Shown piece after piece: positions 24,244 to 36,900 of a stretch of 64,000 bases of DNA. Numbering within the stretch: position 1 is the first letter of the stretch; each line of letters opens with the position of its first letter. Made by a program: the position numbers and the translations under genes. The notes beneath the pieces were generated by a model. That model did no database searches. It was not told the origin of the DNA and saw only the letters and a list, made by a program, of their open reading frames with translations. Source of the stretch: Phallusia mammillata (lineage: Eukaryota); NCBI GenBank assembly GCA_965637545.1, contig OZ281494.1, forward strand, positions 3,534,001 through 3,598,000, written 5' to 3'.

Positions 24244-26919
24244 GTGGAGATTAATGCATTGCCTATTATAGGATTAAATGGAGCAGTAACTCTTGGCCTA
24301 ATAAATAAACTGGAACCGGTTGTCAGTGACGAACAAAATTTGCTGTCCAGCTTTTCAGATTTATTTCAAGGGTTGGGTTGTGTTCCAGGTTGTCACCGAA
24401 TAAAGACCGATAGCAGAGTTTGTCCCGTAGTCCGTCCCAGCAGAAAAATTCCATTTGCACTCAAAAACAAACTACAACAGGAGCTACAAAGAATGGAAAG
24501 CATGCAAGTAATCAAAAGAATAGAAGAACCAACTAAGTGGGTGAACTCTCTTGTAATAGTAGAAAAGAAAAACGGAAAACTAAGAGTTTGCTTAGATCCG
24601 CGAGATTTAAATAAAGCAATTTTGCGTGAGCATTTCTGTCTTCCGACTAGAGAAGAAATTATTAGTCAATTTTCAAATGCTAAAGTATTTTCTAAACTCG
24701 ACGCTTTGTCTGGGTTTTGGCAAGTAAAGTTGGATGAAGATAGTTCTGAGCTTTGTACGTTTAACACTCCGTTTGGACGGTATAGATTTTTGCGCATGCC
24801 GTTCGGCATTTGTTCTGCGCCAGAAGTGTTTCACAAGTTGGTGTACATGATGTTTGAACACATGAACGGCGTTGTAACGTTTATGGACGATATTGTGGTT
24901 TGGGGTTCAACTAAGCAAGAACATGACATGAGGCTTAAAAATGTGTTAACGGTTTTGCAACGCAATAATCTGAAACTCAATAAGGAAAAATGTGTGTTCG
25001 GTGTAGACAAGATTACTTTTCTTGGTGAAGTTGTTAGTGCTTCAGGTGTTCAACCTGATCCAAATAAAGTTCATGCAATAGAGCAACTAAAGCGTCCTCA
25101 GTCTATGGGCAACTTGCTGAAATTTTTGGGAATGGTCACGTACCTAGGTCGTTTTATTTCCGACTTGTCTACTAAAACATCTTCTTTGCGTTTGTTATTG
25201 CATAAACGGAGCAACTGGGAGTGGACGCAAGCACACGAAATGGAATGGAGGAATTTAAAACGGCTGGTCACAACTGCCCCAGTACTTCGGTTTTTCGACC
25301 CCAAGAAATCCATCAAAATTTCGGCAGACGCATCTAAACATGGACTTGGAGCTGTAATTTTGCAACAGCATGACAACATGTGGCAGCCAGTGGCGTATGC
25401 GGCAAGAGCTTTAACAACCGCTGAAACAAGGTATGCACAAATTGAAAAGGAATTGCTTGCTATCACCTTTGCATGTGAAAGATTTTATCAGTATGTTTAT
25501 GGTCAGAAATTTGTGGTAGAAACTGATCACAAACCTCTCATAGCGTTGTTTCTCAAGGAGTTAAATAACTGTCCGTTGCGCATTCAACGTCTAATGATCC
25601 GGTTGCAAAGATTTCATTTCACCGCAGAGTTTACTCCAGGTAAATTCATGCACACAGCTGATTTGTTATCAAGATGTGTGGAGAACAGTGTGTCCGTTCA
25701 ATCGCTTTCTTGTCATAGTGTATGTGAATATGTAGATCTAATTATATCCGCTATTGCTTGTATGCCATTAGTTAAACAAAAGTTACAAAGTAAAACCATA
25801 TGTGACGAACAGTTGCAAATTGTAATGCGTCTTGTAAATAATGGTTGGCCTTTACATAAACGTGCTTGTCCTGTTTTAGCAAAACCCTTTTGGGATGTCA
25901 AAAATGAACTTTCTGTTGTTGACGGTATTTTGTTTCGTGGATCTCGAATAGTTGTTCCAATGTCTATGCGCAGTTATTTTTTAGAACGTGTGCATGAAGG
26001 CCATTTGGGTGAAGTAAAATGCAAAGGACGAGCTCGGGAAAGTATATATTGGCCTGGGTTATCCAACGACATATCTGGTTTGGTTTCTTCCTGTGCCATT
26101 TGTGCAAAATTCAGGTCACAGCAACAACGCCAACCGTTAGAACCTCACCAAGCCCCTTCGTATCCGTTTCAGAAAGTGGCAACTGACCTGTTCTATTGGA
26201 ACCGAAAAATGTTTTTGGTAACAGTGGACTACTACTCCGGATATCCAGAAGTAACCCCGTTGACTACAACTTCTGCGGCGTCTGTTATAAGTGGTTTGAA
26301 AACTATTTTTTCCAGGTTTGGAATTCCCGAAACTGTTATTAGTGATAACGGTCTTCAGTTTTCTAGTGAGGAGTTTGCAAAATTCGCCGAGGAATGGGGC
26401 TTTGTTCATTTAACCTCGAGTCCACATTATCCACGATCTAACGGACTGGCTGAGAGGAGTGTCCAGACAACGAAGCAACTACTTAAAAAAGCTCACGCCA
26501 GTGTACAGGATTTTAACAAAAGTTTGTTAATATTTAGAAGTGCTCCTCTCCTTTGCGGAAAATCACCTGCACAGCTTCTCATGGGTCGGCAAATCAGTCC
26601 CACGATGCCCCTGGATATCAAAACGTTAAAAAGTTCAACTTGCCGTCCGTTTGGAAAAGAAAGAAAACAACAAAAGAAGTATTATGACAGGGGAACAAGA
26701 AACATGCTGCAATTACAAGTGAACACTCCTGTAAAACTGTACAATACTCAAAACAAATTATGGGATCAACAAGGAACTATAGAAAAACAGTTATCTCATC
26801 GCTCTTATCTTGTAAAAACTAGTGATGGTGTATTGTATCGGCGTAATCGTGTTCATTTACGTCCATTGAATGTTATTGTGAATCCTTACCCTTCGAGACG
26901 TCAGTTAAGTTCAATTTAA
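24244..26919 (+). CDS. pol: Pol (RT, RNase H, integrase) of the Mag-like element, open frame of 891 aa
   Basis: LRVCLDPRDLN, FMDD, ADASKHGLGA, HHCC motif HEGHLG...CAIC, ATDLF, SDNG, ERSV. Confidence 0.9.
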   Translation: MEINALPIIGLNGAVTLGLINKLEPVVSDEQNLLSSFSDLFQGLGCVPGCHRIKTDSRVCPVVRPSRKIPFALKNKLQQELQRMESMQVIKRIEEPTKWVNSLVIVEKKNGKLRVCLDPRDLNKAILREHFCLPTREEIISQFSNAKVFSKLDALSGFWQVKLDEDSSELCTFNTPFGRYRFLRMPFGICSAPEVFHKLVYMMFEHMNGVVTFMDDIVVWGSTKQEHDMRLKNVLTVLQRNNLKLNKEKCVFGVDKITFLGEVVSASGVQPDPNKVHAIEQLKRPQSMGNLLKFLGMVTYLGRFISDLSTKTSSLRLLLHKRSNWEWTQAHEMEWRNLKRLVTTAPVLRFFDPKKSIKISADASKHGLGAVILQQHDNMWQPVAYAARALTTAETRYAQIEKELLAITFACERFYQYVYGQKFVVETDHKPLIALFLKELNNCPLRIQRLMIRLQRFHFTAEFTPGKFMHTADLLSRCVENSVSVQSLSCHSVCEYVDLIISAIACMPLVKQKLQSKTICDEQLQIVMRLVNNGWPLHKRACPVLAKPFWDVKNELSVVDGILFRGSRIVVPMSMRSYFLERVHEGHLGEVKCKGRARESIYWPGLSNDISGLVSSCAICAKFRSQQQRQPLEPHQAPSYPFQKVATDLFYWNRKMFLVTVDYYSGYPEVTPLTTTSAASVISGLKTIFSRFGIPETVISDNGLQFSSEEFAKFAEEWGFVHLTSSPHYPRSNGLAERSVQTTKQLLKKAHASVQDFNKSLLIFRSAPLLCGKSPAQLLMGRQISPTMPLDIKTLKSSTCRPFGKERKQQKKYYDRGTRNMLQLQVNTPVKLYNTQNKLWDQQGTIEKQLSHRSYLVKTSDGVLYRRNRVHLRPLNVIVNPYPSRRQLSSI

Positions 26920-27002
26920 ACGAAGGGAAGTTGTGATGTATGTATTTACCGCTAGATGTCGTCCCTGAGTTATGACGTCACGTTTCGTATATAACCGTGT
27001 AC

Positions 27003-28154
27003 CAGAGGAGTACGGAGTCAAAATTTTTAGACTCCGACTCCAATCCGACTCCGTAAAAATTAACTCCGACTCCAATCCTGCTCCTGATGAAAGGCCTAAA
27101 ATCAGACTCCGACTCCTGATAATACTCCGGTGTCACAAACAATTCCTGTTCCTACTTTTTAAGTTAATATTACCAATAAGACCTGCAAATAAATGAACAT
27201 AAACTGAACAGAAAGAAGGAATAACACTTGTTGCAAAGGTAATTAAAGGTTAAATCACTGTGATAGTATCCAAGCAAAACAAAACAGTTATGACAAAAAC
27301 TTTTCTTTTCTTTTAAGTTATTAATACCAATAAGACTGAACAAAAAGAAGGAACAACACTCATTGTAAAATGTTTTGCAATTGAAACTAGAAAAACAACT
27401 CCAGTATTGTGAAAAAAAAACATTCCTGACAAAAATCCTGGTTCATATGATAACAGTGTAAATGGTAAGTAAACATTGGCAGTGGCAATGACAGGACAGT
27501 ACATTCACAGCTTTGTAAGACATTCATAGAAAGAAAAGAAAAAACATGCATAATGAGGATAATAAAAAAACTTACTGGGGTAGCACTTTCATTTACAATA
27601 TTGTTTTACAGATATGTGTATAACTACTTTAGGCACTAATTTTTCACTGCATAGATCTTTTTTACTATTTAATACTATTCACTTGATTCACTCCATAAGC
27701 CATGTTTTCAATATTTAACAACAGTGACAAATTCACCAAACTTCACTTTGTGGACCATCGTTCTGTTTATCCACCATTTTATTTTTGCTCATTAATTCTG
27801 TTAATTTTTCACATCAATATTCATGGTTGCTCACTCTAAACTGTGATGCTGCACTGTACACTGACACTCCAAACTGTAGTCCTGTCAAAACAATTGTGTG
27901 AAAACATAAGGCAATGTATTTGGACTATTTGCAATGCGATAGCAAGGTTAAAGGTCAAATACATATATCCTATGAGGGCAAATAAAAACATCAAAAAATC
28001 ACCAAGACATTGATGAAAGTAAAATAGAATCCGGCTCCGACTCCTGCTCCGGCTGATCTGAAATAACATAAACTCCGGCTCCGTATAGACTCCGGCAAAT
28101 TTTAGTAAACTCCGGCTCCGGACACTCCGGTACTCCGGATTGTGTACACCTCTG
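27003..28154 (+). mobile_element. Non-autonomous hAT element (1152 bp) inserted in the 3' LTR
   Basis: Termini CAGAGGAGTAC / GTACACCTCTG, perfect 8-bp TSD CCGTGTAC (26995-27002, 28155-28162), dense ACTCCG/CTCCGG subterminal repeats at both ends, no transposase ORF. Confidence 0.9.
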
Positions 28155-28299
28155 CCGTGTACCGCGTCTTAGACGTGGCAGTCAATACAGGTAACCGCTT
28201 AAAGGTGTGTGCGTTCATGACAGTGCTCTAGGATCGCAACCGACCGCATTGCCTCGCGGGGTACAGTCAATCACATCAAGCAGTAGTTGATCCCGCAGG

Positions 28300-30080
28300 T
28301 TCTGTTGGTCAAATGAAACGCGCCCAAAAGAAACATTAATGCAGTTTCTCAGGAAATTTCCTGTGATCCGTTAGACAGACTCAAGTGTCCCAAAGACAGT
28401 CATTCAAGTTGGGACACAGGTGGTCCGACAGCATCAGCCGAACATCGCCTCATCTGTTTTTGTTAGTTTAAACTGGTCACATGAAAAACCTTATTGACGG
28501 ATAAAATACTTCAAACAAGCAGAAGTTAAATGTTAGAGATCATCAGTGTACCCAGTGGAATTTGGAAAGATATAGCTGTTGTTCCAAAATCCAAAAGATC
28601 TATTCAGACTTTCTACCCGCTATATCAATGGTAGGTTTGTAGCTGCACCTTTTTGTCCAACCTCCGTAAGTGTACCAACCGCGTGTATCAACCGCGTGAA
28701 GTGTGCCACTGGCCAACACAATTTTTGGTGTCTTTAATGTTAAAACTGATATTGACTAATTTTGGGGTGCTGATTTCAAAAATCATTACGGTTTTCTTCA
28801 ATCAGGTAAACTTTTTAAGTTATTTACAAAATCAAAATTTCTGACCATATTGATTCGATGACTTTGAAATCACGCTTTTATGTGTTTGTTAAAGTTTTGT
28901 TACATTATACACATCAATTTCCTACAGTGCAGTCAGTTTCATAGCATGAATACGTGTTCTATGCTTATGCTCTGTCTGAAAATAGTTGGTGCAGGCTAGT
29001 GGCAACTTTAAACTATACTTGTTTTATGGAGTGATTTTCAGACTAGTAAAGCAAGGTGGTAAAACTAAAATTAATAGTGGCTAGGTCATCTATAAGGTGT
29101 TGCATGAATTACCAAAATGTTTTATGCTACATTACTGGTGAATACCCATACAACACAACTAAAAAGAAAAGAAAAAAAGATCTGTATCAAATGTGCATAT
29201 CTTGCACACTTCGATGTGGCTTTAGGGGTTTAGGACAAGCAATGGGCTCTACCTAATATTGATTGAAATATTGCAGTAATGGACAAAAACAGTAGAAAGG
29301 GACTGAACTTATTAGAAAAAGTGCATAATTAAGTTATTAAGCGGTCTAAAAAAATCGGTCCGAAAATGGGTATAAAGCTACACTTCCCTTAAAACGTAGG
29401 TGATATAAATGATGAGAATTAAGCTGAAGGTTCCAACAGGATATTAGTAAAACAAAACGTGTAAGGGAAAAGGGAATAATGTGGTCCTGGCTAACTGCTG
29501 TTGGTCAATTAAACTTGACGATATTGGTGCCAGTCAGTTCCGAAAGGTACCAAAGTACATGTGTACAGGCCTATACCTGATGTACAGGCCTATACCTGAT
29601 GACTTACAAATTTGAAACCTTTTTTTTGTTGAATTTTATTTGTTAGGAGTGTCCACCTGTTACATTTAAAATTAAATTTGAAATTTTGTTCTTGCAATAA
29701 CGATAATTCCAAAAAAATACTCAAAACCAGTTTCACTATAGTGTATATCATATAGATTGTTTTTCAAACGTGGATGTACCATAACAGTAAAACTAGACGT
29801 GATTCAGATAAACCGATTGCATTTTTGAAATCAGGGCACTAGAATTAGTCAAAATCAGTTAAAACATTACAGACATCAGAAAAAAAAATATTTTGTTGTT
29901 GCTTGGATTATAATCTAAGCAGAATATTGTGTGGACAATAAGCGCTACCTGTGGTGGGTTGCTTTACAAAAACAAGCAAGCAAAAATACATTAACATTGT
30001 CAAGGTTTGGAGTAGCCTAACAATGCCTTTAAAATGTTTCAGTGAGGATTGACGTGACGTGATTCCGGTTCGTATCGATT
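28300..30080 (-). repeat. Old decayed repeat, copy 1 (28300-28705 plus 29920-30080), split by a TIR element; homologous to 40430-40945
   Basis: Colinear blocks are shared with copy 2: TTCTGTTGGTCAAATGA, GACAGTCATTCAAG, ATCAACC..GTGA, GTGGA..ATAAG, GACGTGACGT.ATT.CGGTTCG. Confidence 0.6.
28707..29905 (+). mobile_element. Degenerate DNA transposon with long imperfect TIRs and a decayed transposase N-terminus (superfamily not assigned; possibly Sola-like)
   Basis: 28738-28785 is an inverted match to 29821-29866. Interrupted CMNYQNVLCYITGEY...KCAYLAHFDVALG.*DKQWA at 29101-29250 resembles the CYICGEY...GDQDKxWAP motif of invertebrate transposases. Removing the element restores colinearity with 40430-40945. 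Confidence 0.55.
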
Positions 30081-30354
30081 GGCATAAACAGACATGGCCA
30101 CGTCACGATAGCTGATCATAACATCGCTTCTACCCAGACAAAAACATGTCTATTTGCGAGAAAATAAACGCGACCGGATGTTGTGTCTGTCTTTACTGAC
30201 TCCAACGCCATGTTGTACGTTTGATCTTGTCTGAGCGCATTGAGTACGTGGCGAATTGTCAACGCTTAATTTTAGAAGAAAAGAAGTTTGGAGCCGCAGA
30301 ATATAATAGCACTGTAGTCCGATCTCCTCTAGCAGTCTTTGTAAAGCATGTGAG

Positions 30355-30845
30355 CAGTGGTTCTCAACCTTTTTTCTTTCGTGGCCCACTTTCAATGCAC
30401 AAAAATTCTGTGGCCCAGTATCAACAACAAAATAGGTTCAAACCAAAAAAAAAATGCAGAACATATTTTAAACAGATTATAAGTTAAAAATAACTTAATG
30501 CAAAAAAAATCATAAAACAGCACTTTCCCTTCTTTAATCAAGCACTTTCAGTTATGACCGAGTAATTGGACAATGGATATACTGCTATTATCTGGCTTTA
30601 TTGTAGACACAAAGTAGTTTATTACATCATAAACATAAAGCATTGCAGAAATTCAAAGTAACTTTGTACTGTAAATAGAATAATTCAAATAATTTACATT
30701 CCTTCTCAATTCCTTCCAAGCCATTATTCTTGTAAAATTAAGTGTAGTGACACAAATAAAAGTAAATTCGTAAAAAAAGCTTTCCTATTGATTGGTCTGT
30801 GGCCCAATCCAAATGTTTCCATGGCCCACTGGTTGAGAACCGCTG
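30355..30845 (+). mobile_element. hAT/Charlie-type MITE (491 bp) just upstream of the LCCL-FReD gene
   Basis: TIRs CAGTGGTTCTCAACC / GGTTGAGAACCGCTG, internal GGCCCA motifs, eroded TSD (ATGT-GAG / ATGTAGAG). Confidence 0.75.
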
Positions 30846-30956
30846 ATGTAGAGGAAAGCAGATTTGCCTACATTGCAAACGTCAAACTGCTTTTATGCCA
30901 ACAGTGATTCACAACTACTTTTGGGATACAGGAAATCATAGGGGTATAAAAGTAAA

Positions 30957-33900
30957 ATGTTGATTAAAAACTTTCGAGTCATTACTATCATCGTTTCAAT
31001 CGTTCTGCGAAAAACACGGGGATTTGAAGGTTTGTATATTTTACCTGTTAATGTTAGATTTTAACATATAAAACTAGTTCATATAAAGTTGTTTAATAAT
31101 TTAAAAACAAAAAAATGATTCAAACAACAGTTGTTTTGTCCAAAAGCCTTGTATTTTAGCCAAAAGAGCAGTTAAGTAACTCCCCGTTAATCGTTTAAAA
31201 ATTACAGATTAGAGTAAAACATATATGACTGATCTGTTTTTTTATACTTTTTGCAAATAGTGAAAATCAATTCATTTTTCTAGTTTAAACTAAAGAGCAA
31301 AACCATCTCAAACATTACTGTCGAAAAGATTACTGCAAAACACTTTACAGTGACTTGTGACACGGAGTTTTCCGATGTGAAACATTCCATCACCAATGTT
31401 CTCTGCCCAGCCAACTGTTGGAGGCAATACTCGAACTTATGCGGCGACAGGATTTACTCCAGGGGCCCAATATGTCTAGCTGCTATGCAGGATCAATGGA
31501 TTGATGGTATAGTTTCGACTTTTAGACTTGGTTGTTTTACTGTTATTTTCAACATTGACGATTTATTGTTCTTAAAAACCACATTTATTTAATGCTGGCT
31601 CACTAATTAACAACAAACACACATTTTCAGTAAAAATAAGAGAAAGAACTAATTTGCGCATTTTAGGTGGTTGATATACACTTAAATAAGAACTTGCTCA
31701 AATTTAAGTGTATGCATTTTAATATAAATATTAATCACAAACCAAATAGCTTATTAAACCAATGCATTACGCTAGTTTTTAAAAAACGTCATAGCATTGC
31801 TCGATGCAAAAATGCTTAACTCATATTACAGTTTTTGTCTATTGTTTACGTACCTTATTTTGAGATTAATTCTGCAAAAATAGGGTCGGTATAAACTAGA
31901 TCGGGACGCATGAACTTTATAAACTTAAACTAAATATCATCCCTTAAACTTAAAACATGACCATTATTGATTTTCTAAACGGTGACTATTAGGCACCATT
32001 ATCAACTTCAAGACTAATCAAGTGAGCAAGGTTTCAATTTGTTTTCATAGGCGGCGGTGGGCCAGTGGTTGTTTACCGCAGCCCGGGAAAACGCGGTAAT
32101 CACTACAGCGGAGGAAACCGCAACGCTGTGAAAAGTGAATCTTGTTCAGTTGATGGGGATTCCTATTCATTTGAAAGTGAGTAAGGTTTAGCGCCACTTT
32201 TTTCGGGTATGTCCTAAATTTATGGATGTTATGTTTTGAGTTTGTTTGAACATTGCCCACCAAGTTGTCAATATTTGCAATTTTATTTCTGGTGCGCAAT
32301 TCAGAATTAGCACGTGTCAAAAAAGTCATTTGCAGGTTTCTTTCCAAACTACAATTCGTTTCTCAACTTATTTACAACAATGCTGTTAAAGAACTATTAT
32401 TAGAAGTAAAAAATATGACACCAAATTAATAAGAAAGATATTATTTTATGCAGTGACATGCTCAACACAGGCAGACTCGTCAACACTGGTCACCCAGGTT
32501 GACTGTCCAGCTTATTGCAGAGGAGAAGCGGTGTACGGGTCAGGAATCTACAGCGACAAGTCATCTGTGTGCAGAGCTGCTGTACATGCAGGAGCTTTAC
32601 CAGGTCAACGCCAATGTTTGAAAGCGAAATCACGTAAACAAGTTGATTTGAGAGAGTTCGGAGATTTGATTGACTTTATATAGAAATTTATATATATTCA
32701 TGCATATAACATTTTCATGAGTATTTGATGGGGCACCTACAGTATAACTATAGCCGCTAGTATAATAAATGTTTGTGATGTCGGTTTAGATAAAGGAGGA
32801 ATGGTGATATTTTACACCACCTTGGGTCAAAGTTCATACACTGGATCCACGTCACACGGCGTCACAAGCAAGTCAGCTTCAGCATCTTTAGCACATCGAG
32901 CCTTTGCCTTCACAAGTAAGTCACACTGTGCCGTGACGTTTTCATACATACATATACACAAACCGGTTTTGGATAGTTACAACTCTGGTATCGGCAGTAA
33001 ATTTGTTCTATTTATAACATGCAGCAACTAAAACTTAAGTGCGACACAAATGCATTTACTAACGATTTTATTTCTGCTGTGACAAACGATGGTTACACCG
33101 TTGCAAAACAAATGAAGACATGATAAGAATTTCCATGGAAACGGCGAATTAGGCGTCTTGCGTATTGTTTTCGTTTAGATATCAACGAATGTGTCAACAA
33201 TGCTTGTGAACACGGAAGTACTTGTGTGGATGGGATAGCAGAATATTTCTGTGTATGTTTACCAGGATACAATGGAAAGTACTGCGAAAAAGGTAATGTA
33301 ACTGTTTGTAGAACACTGCCTAGGTCTTTACACAAAAACAATAAACCAATATTTTATGATTTGTACGTTTTCAGGTCCGCACTGAAATGATATTAGATTT
33401 TTATTTTTGACCAAACAACATTGAAACAACTGCATTTTTTTGTAAAATAAATACCTGATACACTTACAATCCTTAGTGAGGGTGAGCTATTTAATAACTA
33501 GGATCCGCTTTCAAGAATGGCCAAGTGTGCCTGCAGCTGCAGACTAATGGTTTCAACGCTTATTTCAAATGTTTACCCTTAACCCATCAAAGTTTCTGCA
33601 CCCCAATTGTTAGTCTTAGCAACTATTCATGTTTTCATAAAACAATTCGGCAATGCAAATTGCGACCCTAACACGTTTTTAAGCCCTCCAAAACCGCCTT
33701 AATTTATAACTATAGTAAACTATAGTTATGTTTGCCAGAGTTCACTCATTGCTGGAACGGAAATTTAACTGGAAATTTTATTATGAAATCTGGAGTTGAA
33801 GTTGTTTGTAACAAAGGGTGGTTGGTAAGAAAATGTTGTTCATAAGTTTGCACACATTCAAGTGTGTACATACTAATAAACAGGAGTGAAGAAATCAAAT

Positions 33901-36900
33901 TTTTAAGACATTTTTACATCGCGAAAAAAAATAGGTTTTCAAAAAAACTTGAACAAAGGTCTTTTAAAGCCACACTTGTTTCAAACACAATTGTCCCACT
34001 GCCGTTTTGCAGGTCTTCCAACGTCGGTTTGACGGCAGCGTGGATTTTCAAGTCTACTGGTCAGACTACAGATACGGATTTGGATGTTTAAATGGCGAGT
34101 TTTGGTGGGGTGAGTATACAAATTATAATACTTTGCAAAACAGTGGTCTTTGCGACAGTAACAAACTATGAAAAAGCATGAAATGTATTTAAACAAATAG
34201 GACGCACCCACTTTGGTAAAGAGGTATAGACTTTCGCAAAGATGCCTGACGAAGTAACAATACATTTTCACAAAGTTATTTGTAAATATATTTCAAGAAG
34301 GCGTTCAATTTAAACCAATCCTATTCATTGACGTAGTCGGAAGTACATGCACAGATTACTTGTTTTTATCACGGGATAGGGCTTCAAAACATTCACGAAG
34401 CGACAAAAGCTTTTCAGTGTAAACAATGTCGACTTCGTGTTGACCTCAATGACATCGACGAAGAAACAAGTTACGCAGAATACAGGTACATTAATTCATA
34501 AAATGCTTTAGGTACAAACCTTTGAAAATACTCTAAAGGCATACCAAGTGGTAAAAAACCAAGTGTTTTCATTTTTTCCCTAAAACAAATTCCTTTTTAT
34601 TTTGATTACTTACAATGCATCTACAACCAACAGCTATTAATCTCTAGTAAGTTTGGTGTGGGTCCGGAAAGCAATGACTATCAACTCTGTGTGGGAGGAT
34701 ACACTGGAACGGCAGGGGACAGCATCACATATTCCAAATACCTCAATTCAAACGGAGCAAAATTCAGCACCAGAGATCGTGATAACGATTTTGCGGCGTC
34801 GTAAGTTGTTGATCCAAATTGCAATATAAGACAAGCTTAAGTTTCACCTTATATTAGATTTAAAACGAGAGCACGCAGTAAGTTTTAAGAAATATTAAAA
34901 GCGGTATTTTTTAACAAATGCATTCCGTTGGGATGTATATCCAGTGCGTGACATTCTTACCAAATATCCGAGGTGTGTGGTGAATGTTATTTCTATGTTG
35001 TGTTCCGGTTTACCTTGATCCGTTTTCCTTTCCGTTACGTCCCGTTACTTCCTTCCGGTCATTAGTGTTTTGTTTCGTTAGCGGTAGGATGTCTAGTTTT
35101 CTCTTGCATTTGGGCTTATTTGTTTTCTACATTTCCTGAGTCATTTATTGTTTGTGTTGCAGATACATTGCTGTATTTTTACTTTAATAAAGCCAGAGTT
35201 AATTTAACTCCTCAATGGTCATCACAATTTTTTAAAGTAAATTAAATTTTTATCATGGAAAAGCAGCAACTTTCCAGACCGAAGGAACTCACAATAGACA
35301 CAACGGATCCTGAAGCTTCAAAAATATTTACATATTGGCTAAGGACCGTTAAAGACTATATTGCATATCTTGAAGAAGGCAGAAGTGGTTCCTCTCCGGC
35401 CGTTAACAAAACTCGAGTAATTATAAGTTGTCTTTCACCATCTGTGTACCCACTAGTGGAAGACGTCGAATCTTATGACGATATTGTGGCAACTCTGCAA
35501 ACCGCGTACGTAAAGAAAAAGAACAACGTGTATGCTCGTCATCTTCTTGTCAGCCGCCATCAACAAATGGATGAGGCCGTAACAGAATTCGCACAAGCTT
35601 TAAAATCTTTGGCTAAAGATTGCACTTTTAAAGCTGTATCGGCAAGCGAGTACAGGGATGAATTAACCAGAGATGCATTTATAAATGGTCTCGTTTCGCC
35701 ATTTATACGACAACGAATACTGGAAAAAGACGAGCTGACACTTCTCCAAACGGTAGAACTTGCTGATAGCCTCGATCGCGCACAGAAGCAGGCGGCAAGC
35801 ATGGGCAGAAGCCAGTTAGCTGTATCTGCTGTGCCTGGTGCTCAATCAGCGGAACAACACTCACCAGTTTCACGAGAAGATAATTTAGTATCGTCAGAAC
35901 TGTTGGCCGCATTCAAAAGTGGAAAAGCGCGCAAAAGATGTTATTTTTGTGGTGGTGGCTTGCACACCAGCCGACGTTTATGTCCTGCACGCAATGCAAT
36001 GTGCCACTATTGCAACAAACGTGGCCATTTTGCAAAGGTTTGTTTAGCGAAACCACCTGAGGCCAACAGCGCGGTATCAGTAGCTTCTGCTTCAGGCGCT
36101 CTTGCTTCTTTGGGCTTGTTTGCCGATAACGCGCACTGTTCATCAGGAATAATTGCGTCTGCCCCAAGCGGGCTCGGTCCCGCAGTTGCCAAAGGAAACG
36201 TTAAAGGCCGGATTGTTGACGTGTTGATAGACACAGGTGCATCAGAAAACTTTATCAACAAGAATGCTGCCGGGCGATTGCAACTTACAGGACGCGGGGA
36301 CTCGGAACAAATTTCGTTGGCAATGCACAAAATGGAGGCCAAAATTGAAGGAAGAACAGAAGCTAATATCACATTGTTGGGTCGTGAATATTCCAATTTG
36401 CAACTCGGTGTAATGCCAGATCTCTGCGCTGATGTAATCTTGGGACAGAATTTTCTTAAACTACATTCGGAAGTTATTTTCCAGTACGGCGGACCTAAAC
36501 AACCGTTAAAAATACCTCTTGTTAAGACTCGCCCAGTGCTTAATGTTTCAGCTGCCAAACTGAAACCTTCGAGAATATTTCAGTTCTTAGATCCGAGCTG
36601 CAAACCTATTGCCACAAAGTCACGCCGATATAGCCCTGATGTCGGAAATTATTTTCCGATCGAATCGGAAATTAAACGTCTGCAGGCGGCAGGAATCGTA
36701 GAACCAGCAAAATCACCTTGGCGAGCCCAAGTGTTGGTAGTGGAACAACACGGAGGAAAGAAGCGTCTTTGCATCGACTATTCAGTAACTATTAATAAAT
36801 TCACTTACCTAGATGCTTATCCTTTGCCTCGAATCGAAGACTTAGTGAACAAGATCGCAAATGACGCTGTATACAGTTCATTGGATATGAAGTCCGCTTA

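Larger units (their letters stand above)
23183..28222 (+). mobile_element. Ty3/Gypsy LTR retrotransposon, Mag/K02A2.6-like, non-autonomous through gag and protease lesions
   Basis: 131-bp TG...CA LTRs (23183-23313; 26932-27002 plus 28163-28222) differing at 2 positions. 5-bp TSD GTGCT (23178-23182, 28223-28227), PBS TGGTGTCAGAAGTGG, purine tract before 26932, domain order gag-PR-RT-RH-IN. Confidence 0.95.
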
